A stretch of DNA of 64,000 nt from Eledone cirrhosa (taxonomy: Eukaryota), in assembly GCA_964016885.1 (NCBI GenBank), contig OZ024740.1, positions 280,612,001-280,676,000 on the forward strand. Direction: 5' to 3'. How positions within the stretch are numbered: position 1 is the stretch's first letter; each line of letters starts with the position of its first letter. The notes below the pieces were generated by a model, which worked only from the letters and a program-made list of their open reading frames with translations, did not search any database and was not told the DNA's origin. A program made the position numbers and the translations under genes. Shown here one piece after another: positions 28,220 to 41,202 of the stretch.

Positions 28220-28860
28220 TTGCCGGATCCCCAAGCGGGACCAGCCAAGCTCATGGATGTTATACAACCATCTTGCTCGAGGTTTACCCCTGTCTCTCCT
28301 GCCAGTTGGTTTGCCTGTAAAATCTGTCCAGCGATTCTTTATATGAGGCATTCTAATCCCGTACCCATAGTATCAGAGCTGTGATCTCTCAATTCGGAGG
28401 AGTAGTGGCTCTACCTGGAGTGACTCTCTAGTCTCCGAACTATGCACTCTATCGAGTAACGTTATTCCAAAGACCCTTCGTAGAAAACCCAATTTTGGCC
28501 GCTTGTATTGGAGATCGTATTATTTCAGTCATTACCCAAAATTCATGAACATGGGTAAGGCTTAGTACGAATATTGAATTGAAGATCGCGGATTTGGCTT
28601 TTATACCCACCCCTTTCTTCTGATTACTGAATGTTGAAGCTGGCGCATTACTGCACCAGTCCATGCAATTGTTGCACTTAATTAGCCTTCTGCCTTCCGT
28701 CACGCATGAACATGACTCCGAGATACTCGAACTTCTCCACATGCTTCAGTGTAACTCCATTCACATGTATAGTGCACTGCGCAGGATTCCTTGTGAGGAC
28801 GAGTGTCAGTTTTCGCAGCACTGATTTTCATTCTAGCCATGCAGCACTCGGCATCAAACT
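28220..28860 (-). mobile_element. RTE (Rex3/Expander-like) RT 3' fragment
   Basis: KSAIFNSIFVLSLTHVHEFWVMTEIIRSPIQAAKIGF...PTGRRDRGKPRARW...WSRLGI; ends at a (GAA)n tract. Confidence 0.75.
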
Positions 28861-29221
28861 TTGTCTGGCAAAGATATGCAAGGAGATTGTCGAGTCCAAA
28901 CTAGGTGGAAAAATTTCACGTTTACAAATATTCTGAGAATATAGTCTACACATGTCATATTGAATTACTAGAAACGAGACTTACCCACTCAAGCAACACT
29001 TCACATGCTGCAGACAAAACTGTATAAGCCAAGAAACTTTGTGGGTAGATTTCAAATTTCATTGCTCTAAACGAACTGCAAGTGAATCATAAACAAATAT
29101 GAAAATATCTGTTTATAACTAATATATCATTTTCCTTTTATATAGAAATGTATATGTTTATGCGTTAGTATATATATATATATATATATGTGTATGTATA
29201 TAAATATATATTTATATACAT

Positions 29222-29260
<39 letters not shown>

Positions 29261-29304
29261 CATACACACACACATATATATATATATATATATGTGTGTG
29301 TATG

Positions 29305-29370
<66 letters not shown>

Positions 29371-29447
29371 CATACACACACACAAATATATATATATATA
29401 CATATTCAGGCAACTATAATTGTATGTATATCGGATATATCTTATCA

Positions 29448-30775
29448 ACCTCTACCAGCAAGCTCTCAAGGGAGTTGCACATATACCAGAGTGGTTGACA
29501 CTAGCACAAACAATATTTGTCCCCAAGAACAAAGACACCCACTTGGCAAAAAACTACCGACCCATTACATGTCAGAACCTAATGTATAGAATGTATATAG
29601 CCTGCCTCAACTTACTTCTCCAAGATCAATGCGACAGTAATAATATCATCACAAGTGAGTAAGAAGCTGGGAAGAAACGTGTTTGGGGATGCGCTGAACA
29701 TCTTCTAATCAACAAAACTGCGATGTTAGGGGTGCGACTGCAGGAAAGCATTTGATTGTGTTCCCCACTTTTTAATGATAGAGGCCCTCCGACTTGGTAA
29801 AGTCCCAAGCACTATTATCAGAGCCATAGAGAAGCTGTCTACTTCTTGGGCTACTATCCTGAAGTTAAAAACAGAGAAGGAGGATTCTCCTTTTACTGAT
29901 AAAATAGAATTTCACCAGGGTATATTTCAAGGAGACAGTCTCTCTGTGTTACTATTCATTCTGTCATTAAATCCCTTGTTCTTTCTGCTCAAGAAATATG
30001 AAAGATACATAATTGGCTCGCAGGAGGACAGAAATACGAACCTAACCCATAATTTCTTCGTGGATGAGCTGAAACTCAACTCTATGCCTAGAAGATACAT
30101 GGGATTAAGAAAAATAATCTTGACCTGGTTACGAAGTTGTCAAAGGATATAGGAATAGAGTTTGGATAAATGTATATATATGATTGTAAAGCGGAAAAAA
30201 CTACAAGCTAATCTAGCAACATTTTTATCAATGGCCCAACTGTTTCATCGATATCTGACGATAACTACTAAAGATACTTAGGGATAGATAAGAATATATC
30301 CTATGATGGTATTTGTAAGAGCGTATAACCAGGGAATATTACACCCGATTAAGAAACATATGGTCATCTGAAATCTCTGCGTACTATAAAACAGTGCCTC
30401 ACAATGTGTTAGCTGTGCGTGTCCTAACGCCAACGTTTGGAATAGTCGATTGGACGATAGATGAAATCCGAGCTACTGGTGTTAAAACCCGAAAAGCCCT
30501 CATCAACACTAGTAACTTCTACATCAACAGTGACATATACCGTCTCATTTTGAAACATAAGCGGAAAGGTAGAGGTCTAACATTAGTCCAGACAGCATTT
30601 GGGTGTCGCATATATCCTCCGATAACATCTACGAACCACTAAGCGTAAGGAGCCCATCTATTGAGCAAGTATGTCTACTTGAGACAGATAATATCTTGAG
30701 AGTTGGGAAGGAACTCATTGCAAAATACACGCTGCAAGATAATCAAAAACTCACATCCAGGGAAATTAAGATATC
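29448..30775 (+). mobile_element. Decayed R4/Dong-family RT fragment
   Basis: [14 protein letters not shown]...[14 protein letters not shown] and GIFQGDSLSVLLFILSLNPL...FFVDELKL are homologous to the 33378-36887 ORF. Confidence 0.88.
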
Positions 30776-31048
30776 TAGGAGAAGGCCACTCTGATATAAA
30801 ACCCGCGACTTCAATTGCATTCAATGATGTAGACCAGTTCTACTTATTGGCTAAATACATTCGGTGTTCAGAGAGTGGGATTGGTCCCGTGTAAAACCTT
30901 TCCTCACTTAAAAAAGCTTCAAACACAGGCATCGATTTATATGTGACATTTTTTGCTAGACATGAGGCCCTTGCAGGACTAAAAAGCCACGTCCGTGCTT
31001 AAGTATCAAACGATGGCTTTACTCGAAATCGAGTTGCAGCCATCATGA

Positions 31049-31081
<33 letters not shown>

Positions 31082-31157
31082 TGTATGTATGTATGTATGT
31101 ATGTATGTATGTATGTATGTATGTATGTATGATGTATGTATGTATGTATGCATGTAT

Positions 31158-31770
31158 GTCAGTTGGTGCTACTGGTAACATGTATCCCAGTACAACCTGT
31201 CTCATGGTCGAGTCGTTGGCGACTAAACTGGCAACCCCACCAAGGTTTCTTGGTGAGGAGGGTGACTTTGGACATCCTGCAGGACTAAAAACAAAACCTG
31301 TCAAAGGATCTCTTAAGAGTCAATGGCCATCCAAAATCACCGGGAGAGATGACCCCTTAGCCTTTGTCAAGGCAGAATTCTAGGAGAAGGAAAACTCTGA
31401 TATAACACCTGCAACCCTGATGGTATCCAATGATGTTGACTTGTTCTTCTTTTTGGTAAATATCATCTTGGTTAAGAGAGTGGGACTGGCTTTGTGCTGT
31501 GCCTTTGCTCACTATAAAAGCTTCACGGCACAGGCATTGCTTTATATCTGGATATCTCTCTGCACTTGTCGTCACATGGTACCATGGGCCCAGCACTATG
31601 TGTCAATAATTGTCACAAGTGTAGTGTTTGTACCAGAGTTTTCAAGTCGCTGGCTGGACTAAAAAGTCACACTCGTTCAGCGCAGCGGTAGGAGTTCTCC
31701 TACATGGATATAAAGTAGTGGCCGTACTCGAAAACGAGTTGGCAGCCACCATGAATATATGTATGTAGTA
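31158..31770 (+). mobile_element. Non-autonomous RTE-leader-derived short element
   Basis: Contains ctaggagaaggaaaactctga (recalled RTE 5' UTR motif) and ends gcagccaccatga..tatgtatg; copies at 32764-33297, 30775-31050 and 23381-23412 (minus). Confidence 0.6.
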
Positions 31771-31779
31771 TATCTAGTT

Positions 31780-32760
31780 GGTCTACGTGTTAGTAAGGTA
31801 AGTGAGTCATTTGGAAAGCTCAGCGACCGTTTTTGGTGCAGGTGAGGAATGACAATGTAGACCAAGGTGAGAGTTATGCTGCATGTGTACTGTCAGCATA
31901 GCTCTATGGATTGCCTATAAACGGCATATCCAAGGGCTGGAACGATTTCACAAAGATGCGCAGTATCAGGTGGCAGATGCATGTGAGTGGTGTTGAGGTC
32001 CTTGAGAGAAGTGAGTGTCGGAGCATTGAGAGTATCATCCACAAACGGCGTTTGTGATGGACCAGACCCTTCTGCAGAATGGAGAATGATCGAGTCCAAA
32101 AACAACTTTTGTATGGCGAACTTTGTGAGGGTAAGAGACCACCTCACAAGCCAAGGCTCCGATTCAAGGATTGTGTAAAGGACTCATTGAAAAAAACTGG
32201 TTTGATGGTGGCTGACTGGGAGATAGAGGTTCTTGAGAGAGAAACTTGGCGTGGAATTGGGAATGATGGGGTCCATAATTTTGAGGACAGACGCATAGAG
32301 CACGAGAAGGTCAAACGGGATGTCCGCAAGCAATGCTCTGGTGTATCTCTCGAAACGATCGGTGTCTCTATTGGATTGAAGTGTTCTGAGTGTGGAAACA
32401 TTTGCTTGAGCAAATCTGGTCTCACGAGCCACAGTCGCAGCCATGTTCAAAGAGAACCAGTGAACTATGATCTCCATGGTATTATGAAGGTTCACAGGCA
32501 ACCTGATGTAAGACCTGAGGCCAGAGACATCCATAGTTGTCGTCAATGTGAGAAGGAGAGCAAGTCTCTAGCAGACTTTAAAAGCCATATCCGAGCGTCA
32601 TACATCGGAACCTTACAAACGATTGCAATACTCTTAGCAGAGTTTGCAGCCAACATGTATGTATGTATGTATGTATGTATGTATGTATGTATGTATGTAT
32701 GTATGTATGTATGTATGTATGTATGTATGTAGCAGAGTTTGCAGCCAACATGTATGTATG
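31780..32760 (+). mobile_element. RTE LINE 3' fragment with C2H2 zinc fingers and an (ATGT)n tail
   Basis: KQLLYGELCEGKRPPHKPRLRFKDCVKDSLKK and CSECGNICLSKSGLTSHSRSH. Confidence 0.85.
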
Positions 32761-32763
32761 TAT

Positions 32764-33297
32764 GTCGGGTCACTCTTGAGTGCTACTGGTAACATGTAAC
32801 CCAGTACAACCTGTCGACTAAACTGGCAACCCACCAAGTTTACTTGGTGAGGAGGGTGATTTTGGACACCCTACAGGAGAAAAAAACAATACCTGACAAA
32901 GGGCGGAAGAACTCATAAGAGTCAACGGCCATCCGAAATTGTGTAAATATGTATATAGACATGTACCGCCCGGTTAAACCACAGGGGGCGAAGGACCCCT
33001 AGCCTTTGTCAGGGCATTCTTCTAGGAGAAGGCAACTCAGGAAACTGGGATAACTCCGATATAAAACCTGCGGCTCAGTAGTTACCGATGATGTTGATCT
33101 TTTCTTCTTTTCAGGTTATAGCTACTGTCGCTCAGAGAGTGGGATTGGCTCAGTGCACAGTCTTTCCTTACTTAAAAAAAATCTTCACGCACAGGCATTG
33201 CCCGATAGAATTAATTAGTAATTATTAATAATGGTATATCGTGCAATGGCCATACTCGATAACGAGGGGGCAGCCATCATGTATGTATGTATGTATG
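32764..33297 (+). mobile_element. Non-autonomous RTE-leader-derived short element (second copy)
   Basis: Colinear with 31158-31770; (ATGT)n tail at 33279-33297. Confidence 0.6.
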
Positions 33298-36200
33298 TTT
33301 TCTCTTTCTCTTAATTTTGAGTATATTTTTTGACCGGCCACCTTCCTGGTGGCAAGGTTGTAAAAGAAAAGAAATTGTCATCCCTTGAATCGCAAGAATG
33401 TTTTGCAAATTTTGAAGGTGCCAGCTATCGCAGCCATTTGTAGACTATGAATTAGGTAGCTGCGCTTTTTGTCCGCAAATCCAAGTTCAGTCATACTTTG
33501 GTCCAAGCGGGTTGGTATATAACCCGTAGCACCAATAATGATGGGTATGAAGCTAAAGGTGTATCTTGGATACTGGATTTGTAAACTCCTCATCAATGGT
33601 CCGTAGATGTCCTCCTTCTCCTGTATTTTTCTGACAACGTTTACATCAAGTGGGCAGCTGATCTCCACAACAGAACACGTTTTCAATGTGTGGTCCCAAA
33701 CTACAATATCAGGCCGGTTGTGCTTTAATTTGGTGGCAGTTTTTATTTTCAGGTTCCACCAGTATTCCTTAGTGCCATCTGTCTCAATATATTCTTCCTC
33801 GTTTGTTGTTGATTTTGTTTTCCGAAGTGCGTTCCAGATGGTTCTAGCTATCCCATCGTGTCTCATGGGGAGGTAGTAGCGAGATGACATTCTTTCGCAG
33901 CTGGCAACAATGTGGCTTACATCCTCGATCTTTGTTTTACATAGCCTACATTTATTGTCAGCTGCTGGCCCTCCTCTTTTGTGCAGCAGATATTTGGTAG
34001 GGAGTTCTTGTTCCTGTATTGTATAGAGATATCCCTCAAGGTGTGATGTCATAAACTTGTCGGAACTCCATGCCAGGCTTTTTGAGTGGTTTATCCCCTC
34101 TATGGTCTGTGTTTTACGCCTCAAGTATCCATGCACAACTTTTTCTGTAAATTGGTCAATTTTTTTTTCTTATTTGAACATTGAATAGGATCTTCCGATT
34201 TCTCTGGGTGAGAGATTTATATCGGGCTTTATTCCATATCTCTCCTCCAGATCAGTCGCTATTCTAATGATATTTCTTTTTTCATGGTCATAAACCTGGG
34301 CAAGATGGTTGCCAACCTTTTTCCTCTGTTGAAGGTGTTGCTTCAGTGTCACTATCCGGGTCTCATATGTTGTTAATATTGATTTTAGACCCCGGCCACC
34401 TTCATTGCGTGAGAAGTATAGCCTATCCACATCACCATTGATGTTAAAGTTCCCAGTAACACTGAGAAGTTTTCGAGTTCTAACATCCATCTCACTTAGT
34501 TCTTGCAATGACCAGTTCAGTAGGCCAAATGTTGGCGTTAGAATTGGCACAGCATAAGTATTGTGGGCAATGTATTTGTTGTATGCTGACAGTTCTGATG
34601 ACCATATTTTCTTTACTCTTCTGAGGTATTCAGTTCTGGTTCTCTCCTTATTTATGGGTCCATCATATCTGACATTCTCATCCTGTCCAAGATATCTGTA
34701 GTTGTCACCTGACTGCAGAGGTTGTATTGTCAGGCCGTTCATCTCTAGATTTCTAGAGGAGGGCACAGCTCTTCCACGTTTTACTGCCAAATATGCACAC
34801 TTGGACTCACCAAATTTCATTTTGATGTCGGTTGAAAATTGTGTAATGAGGTCCAATTGTTTCTTGATGTCATTGATATTTGGCCCATACAACTTCAGGT
34901 CATCAACAAAGAAAAGATGGGAGATACTTCTGGTCCCACTTCTTTGTCGACCTTGTTTCCTGAGTAGGTAAGATAGTGGATTCAGTGAGAGAACGAAGAG
35001 TAGCACTGACAAGCTATCACCCTGAAAGATGCCCTTCTGGTAATGTATCTTATCAGTCTTAACCTGCTCCTTCTCACCTCTAAGGATCAAACTGGTGTAC
35101 CAGTTCTTGGTCAGGCGTTCAACAGCAGCTACCAATGGTTGTGGGACTTTAGCTAACTGTAAAGCCTTAACAATCCACCCATGAGGTACACTATCAAATG
35201 CTTTTTGATAGTCCAGCCACACGACAGTCATGTTTCTGCGATTCTTTGTTGTTTTTTCCTGAATCATTTTGTTAGTTAGTAGGTGATCTATGCAACCCCA
35301 CACCTCCCTCTTTCCACCAGCTTGCTCAGGTGTTATGATGTTGTTGGTAGCACAGTGATCCTGTAAGAACAGGTTAAGGCACCCAGTATATAATTTATAC
35401 ATGATGTTTTGGCAGGCAATTGGGCGGTAATTTTTAGCAAGGGTGGTTTGGCTATTTTGGGGAATGAGGAGAGTAGAGGCAGTTGATAACCATCTGGGCA
35501 GTTCTTGTGTGCCCTTAATGGTTTCTGTAAACAGCCGTATGAGATCTTGCCGATAGAAAGTGAAATTCTTCAACCAGTATCCTGTAATGAGGTCTGGGCC
35601 TGGCGATTTCCTATTCGACATTTTCTGTAGAGCTGTTTCCAGTGTTGACCCATCTATGTCATATTGTTTTGTCTGGACATGTTGGCAGTAGTCCTGTTCC
35701 AGTTCTTTTAGCCAATTAGCTTGTCTGTTGAATCCGTCATCCGTTTCCCATACAGATCTCCAGTAGCTCTCAACCTGTTCTTTTGAAGGGGTGTCATTTA
35801 CAGAGATTGAGCTTTTGCCACCGAAGCTGCGATAAACTGATTTAGGATCTCTGGCAAACAATCTATTTAGCACTTGTCGTTTATGTGCTGTTGACTTATA
35901 TTTTAGTCTTTCTGTTGTAGCTGTGAGTTGTTGTTTCAACTGGTGTAATTTGGAGTTCAAAGTTTTAAATTTTGTATCTCCAAATCTTCTCTCTAACATT
36001 TTCTTTAGGTCTTCCTGGTGTTGTGTGAAGTTGCTCTCTATGTTGCATTTCATAACGACTGCGATGTGTGAGATACTTCGTCTCAGGGACAAAATTTTGG
36101 TTTTTAAATTTCGCATCCACGCTGGTTCAGGCTTTCTGTTTGTATCTTGATTGCGTGGTTTTAGATGTGTGTTATATGCTAGCAATGTGACAGCTGAAAC

Positions 36201-37325
36201 ATATAACAAAACATTAAGCGTTTCAAATGTCGTTTCTACACCTTTAGATCGTATAGCCTTCAGATAATTGCCAGCTATTTCGTTCACCGCTTCCAATTCC
36301 AATTTAGTCGGTTCTTTACTGACTCTAGTGTTGTATGGTCTGTCACTCACATTAAGGCTGTGTATCTCTTGAAACATATCATTCCATATCACTTGTAGGG
36401 AGCCCACAAGTTTTTGGTGCTCTGTTTGTTCAGTAGAGTCATGAATTTCAGCCTCGTTGTTGATGTGGTGACAATTACTACTAGAGTCAGCTGACCTTTC
36501 TCGCTGTTCTTCAGTGGAAGTGGGATGAATTTCAGCAAAATTGTTGGTGAGCTGTTCACTGTTAGATTTAGCTGGCCATTCTCTTTGTCTGTCAGTGGAG
36601 GTGGGGTGGTTGTCTACAAGGGCTGTATTTGTAGTATCACTCGATTCCGTTAGATGTATCAACTTACATCTAATGATACGTTTTGCCTGTTCATTTAAAT
36701 GCTTTGGAGAAAAGTCTAATTCTGGGTGTTTGGAGTTCCATAAAGTTTTTAGCCGTTGCATAAAACCGAACTTTTGGGGTTCAGATTGTTTGTATGCTTC
36801 ATATAATACTTTGTTAAGCTCGTAGGTCCACTGTGTACAACGGTTGTAATTGCGATTTGGTCGAAGGAGACTTGTACTTTTTGCCATGATGAGTTCGTCT
36901 ATTCACTAATATTTCGTATTTATTTTTCAAAATAGTCGATGATCTTCTTTAAAAGTTACGACAAAGTTCTGTCAGAATCAAATTTAAAGTTATTCACAGC
37001 TTGAGTAATATTTCTTTTCAGTTAGTTTTTAATTCTACAGCTGTGTTTTATATAAATGTAATATTTCTTTATAAATGTAATATAACAACGTTGCATTTAT
37101 ATGTTAAAGTGTATGTATCGTTCATATATCATAAGTGTATGTATCGTTCATATAAATAGGTGTTTTACAACACACTTACAGTTCAAACACTTATGTAGAA
37201 TTATTGTATGTAATCTTACCGCGTAATGTAGCTCAACTTTTTCCAATATATGGTATGTTGCCTTCATGTAAGCCGTAATTACACACGTCCGATTATCGGA
37301 CACTGACCACAACGGTCGCCATTTT
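33298..37325 (-). mobile_element. Near-full-length R4/Dong-clade non-LTR retrotransposon
   Basis: Single long RT + zinc knuckle + REL endonuclease ORF; (ATGT)n on both flanks; aaaatggcg at the putative 5' end. Confidence 0.88.
33378..36887 (-). pseudogene. R4/Dong ORF with one in-frame TAA at 34172-34170
   Basis: KSPGPD, NYRPIAC, WLDYQKAFDSVPH, GIFQGDSLS, HLFFVDDLKLY; after the stop the same frame continues EKKIDQFTEKVVHGY...CRLC...HIVASC...RHD...RPDIVV...VEISCP. Confidence 0.92.
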
Positions 37326-37364
37326 ATATATGTATGTATGTATGTATATATGTATGTATATATG

Positions 37365-37398
<34 letters not shown>

Positions 37399-38120
37399 TG
37401 TATGTATGTGTGTTTGTTTGTGTAGATAATAGTTTTCTGAAGAGGAACGAAAACGACACATAATTAAATAGGATACTTAATACATTAAATAGAGAAGGTA
37501 CATGATTTATGTCAGACAGAATTGCCTTCTATAAAACTAGAGATGTTGCATTCGTATGATATCATCATAAAAGTTAGATCATTTTGGTCGAACTCTGTAT
37601 TTATGCATCGAAAGAAGAAGAAGAAGAAGAAGAAGAAGAAGAATGAGAAGAATATGTAGGAGAATAAATATAAGAAAAAGAAGAGGAAGATAGGTGATAC
37701 TATGGTGGTTAGTATGTCTGGTGAGAGTAGAATATTTTATGACTCGGATGGGGTGTGTGGAAGGGAAGTATTTTCGAAGCTTTTTGTTGTTGGCATTTGT
37801 GATGAGTTATCAAAGGTGGGGCAAAATTTGCTGGCAGAAGGCCCAGTTCGTGAAATATACGTTGTGGTGGAGACATGGATGGCTGAAGGTAACGTCTGCT
37901 GTTGAATAAAAGTGAAATGAGGTTGTGGAATGGTGAAGCTAGGGGTAGGAAATTAAAAGCTCATTCAATATTCATAGGATGGAAGTTCAGATGGATAGAT
38001 AGACAGACAGATAGATACCACTCAGACTGGGGTGGGGTTAGAATCTGTCACTCGCTAACCAGCTTTTTCTATCATTTTATTTCTTTTCAATTGTTTCTAT
38101 TCATTTTCTTTTTATAAATT

Positions 38121-38535
38121 GCTTTGAATAAATATTGATATATTTGGGGAGGGTCATATTGTTGTAATAATATTGCCAAAAATAATAACAGAACACACCC
38201 ACTGTTTGGATGGTTATCGCTTCTGTATCTTTGATATCTCCACAGTTAATTCATTTGGTCCTCAATGTTTATCATTGACTGACCAACGGTCAAAAATACA
38301 GATATAAATACATATATATAGTCTAACAAAGTTCTTTCGTTGCACATCTGTATTGTGGAGATATAAAAGATACAGAAGCGAAAACCAACCAAACAGTGAG
38401 TGCGTTCTGTTATTATTTCTGGCAATATTATTACAACAATATGACCCTCCCCAAATATAACAATATTTGTTTCGACACACGATTTCATATAAAAAACCTC
38501 GCAAAACAAATTCATCGCCGCTTTGAATAAATATT
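38121..38535. repeat. Insertion with an internal ~114-bp inverted repeat and 16-bp flanking direct repeats
   Basis: gctttgaataaatatt at 38121-38136 and 38520-38535; arms about 38131-38244 and 38354-38469. Confidence 0.7.
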
Positions 38536-38575
38536 TCTGTAAATAGACACTTTGAGATAAATTGCGTAGATGGAT

Positions 38576-38767
38576 ATAATTATTTCTACTTTTGGCACAA
38601 GGCCAGCAATTACCCCAGTGCATACTGGCGTTTTATTTTATCTACCCCGTAAGGATGAAAGGCAAAGTTAAGCACGATGGGATTTGAACTTAGAACGTAA
38701 AGGACCATAACTCTATGCTACAAAGCATGGTGTCTGATGTTCTACCGATACTGCCAATCTACTGCCC
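38576..38767 (-). mobile_element. SINE family 1
   Basis: Full-length reverse complement with A and B boxes. Confidence 0.85.
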
Positions 38768-39009
38768 GTGGATCGATATAATGATACATATACAGGCAGA
38801 CGTACAGATAGAGTAGTGGCTACATACATCCATGCGAACACGTACGCTCACACGCACGCTCACACGCACACACGCACACACGGACAAGAGTCGGGCTCCG
38901 TCACCTTGATTGTACCATGAGCTGATCGATATCGAAACAATTGTAATATACAAATAAAGTTTGTACATATGCTGCAACACTGACTTCGACTCTTTAAAAT
39001 CTATATACG

Positions 39010-39048
<39 letters not shown>

Positions 39049-39149
39049 CTTTGATAACTTTGATAGGTTTCGGCCAGTATTGGCCCAGGAGATGTCGAAC
39101 TTAATAGCACCACCTGGCGAAATCTCTCGAATCATGATTTGGACATCAT

Positions 39150-40990
39150 GGCCGACTCATGTAGAGAGTTATTGTTTTCGGAGACATTCGGAGACATATC
39201 CGGGTGTAAACGGTTTATCTGGGATTTCTTGCAGGAATTTTTCCAAAGACCTTTTGAATTTTATGGGATCTGTTTCTATTTGGTATGTGTTTTGGAGTAA
39301 TGTAAAAGAGAGCGGAACCAGTTGAGGTGAAATAATTGTGCCGTGATGTTGTTATGAGTTGCGAGTTTGATTTTTGTTGTGAGCGTATAGCAAGGAGCCG
39401 AAGCCTTAGGTGTATCTTTAAGATTATGCCAACAGAATTTGGGAAATGCTGATGGAATATTTTCCCCATCATCTCAACTATAATAACGTAAGGAGCGCGG
39501 GACTGCGTACGGTTTATAATTTTTTTATCCCATTAGTAAAATAAGTTGGATTACTTTAAATAAATAATTGTTTCTACTTTAGGCACAAGGCCAGCAATTG
39601 CCCAGTGCATTACTGGTACTTTATTTTATCGACCCCGTAATTTATCTACTAAATTTCGTGGCTGTTGATTAAATATATTTAAGTTAACCTCGGCGGGATT
39701 TGAACTCACACCATAAAGGGGCGTAACTCTATGCTGTAAAGCATGGCGTCCGACCTTCTACTGATACTGCCAATCCCACTTTGAATAAATAATGAATGAA
39801 TATTACATAATTTATCTACTAAATTTCGTGGCTATTGATTAAATATATTTTGTTTATTTAAAGATTCACTTCTTTAACATTTCTGAAATGTCAACACTTC
39901 CGGTTGACCATCGCTTAAATAAACATACTAATTTTCTGTCACTAATTTTCTTCTAATGCAATTTATACGTATCATGGATTACGTTACTGATTACATAAGA
40001 GAGTGTAACGCAATCTTCGTTCAATTTCTGTGTATTAGATATTGTCAATTACGATTTTATTTGATGTATCATATCTACATGTATATATACCTGCGTATGA
40101 TATCAATATACACACTACACATGCTAGCAGAAAACCACTCGAGGGTGGTTTTTCTGCTAGTGCAATCAATGGAGCGCTCACGGTGGTGTTAGAGAGAATA
40201 TAATTTGAGCTTTACTAGTCGATTCCCATAGTCAAGGCCTGTCATGCCATCTATCTTGTTTTTGTGATTGACCTTAGAGGTGCTTCAATTTTCATATCTT
40301 GTTTTATATGGGGAGATCGCAGTGGACAACAGTATTCAAGGTGGGGTCGGGCAAAAGTAAAGAAAAGAAGGATAATGGTAAGGATTTCTCTCGACTGGAA
40401 AGTTCTGAGAATCCAGGAACACATCCTGCGGGTCATGTCAACTTTGTTGTTTATATGAGTAGCCAAGCTTACGTTGTTATCAACAACTACACCCAGGTTT
40501 CTGTTGTTGTTGGATGCTACGAGGGTTTCATCTGAGGGAAGAAAACATGATAGTTTCAGTGCATTTTCTTTTCCAAAGTGGATTAGTTTGAATTTCTTCT
40601 CGTTCAGCAGCATATTGCTTTTTCCGCTCACTGGATAACAGCAAGTAGATCTCACTGAAGTCATGTTCGGTATCCCACTCCATTGATGACGTTCTGGAGT
40701 TTGGAATCATTTGCAAAGAGTCTTATGTTGCTGTGCTTGATGACGTCAATAATGTTATTGATATAAAAAATGAAGAGAAGTGGGCCCATCACAGTGCCTT
40801 GGGGGGACACTTCTACTGATTTTGGCTGGGCTTTATTGTACTCCTTCGACTATAACATGTTAGGCACTGTTTGACAGGAAACACTTGGTCCATTGCAGTA
40901 ACTTTCCAGAGACAACAATGTTTGATAGTCTTTCGGTAGGATGTTCTGATCAATCCTGTTAAAGGCCTTGCTGAAATCAGGGTATATGGC
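39150..40990 (-). mobile_element. CR1/L2-like LINE RT 3' portion split by a Helitron
   Basis: PQGTVMGPLLFIFYINNI, FARPHLEYCCPL and LVKLKLYSL on one side of the Helitron; FKRSLEKFLQEIPDKP on the other. Confidence 0.78.
39472..40160 (+). mobile_element. Non-autonomous Helitron copy 3 (SINE at about 39560-39778, minus)
   Basis: A|TCtcaactataataa...ctagcagaaaaccac/gtggtttttctgCTAG|T. Confidence 0.78.
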
Positions 40991-41155
40991 ATCAGTGGCG
41001 GAGCCCTCTCCAAAAACGCTTTAAATATCATCAAAGTGATGCAGGAGCTGCGTTCGGCAGCCCCTTCAATTACGGAAACCATTTTAGTTTGACTTCAGCA
41101 GATTGCTGGTTTCAAGATTGAACCCGGGAAAGACCCCCCCCCCCACACACACATT

Positions 41156-41199
<44 letters not shown>

Positions 41200-41202
<3 letters not shown>

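Noticed and set aside
34170-34172. Programmed readthrough or selenocysteine in the R4 ORF
   Set aside because: The codon is TAA, not TGA; a nonsense mutation is the simpler explanation.
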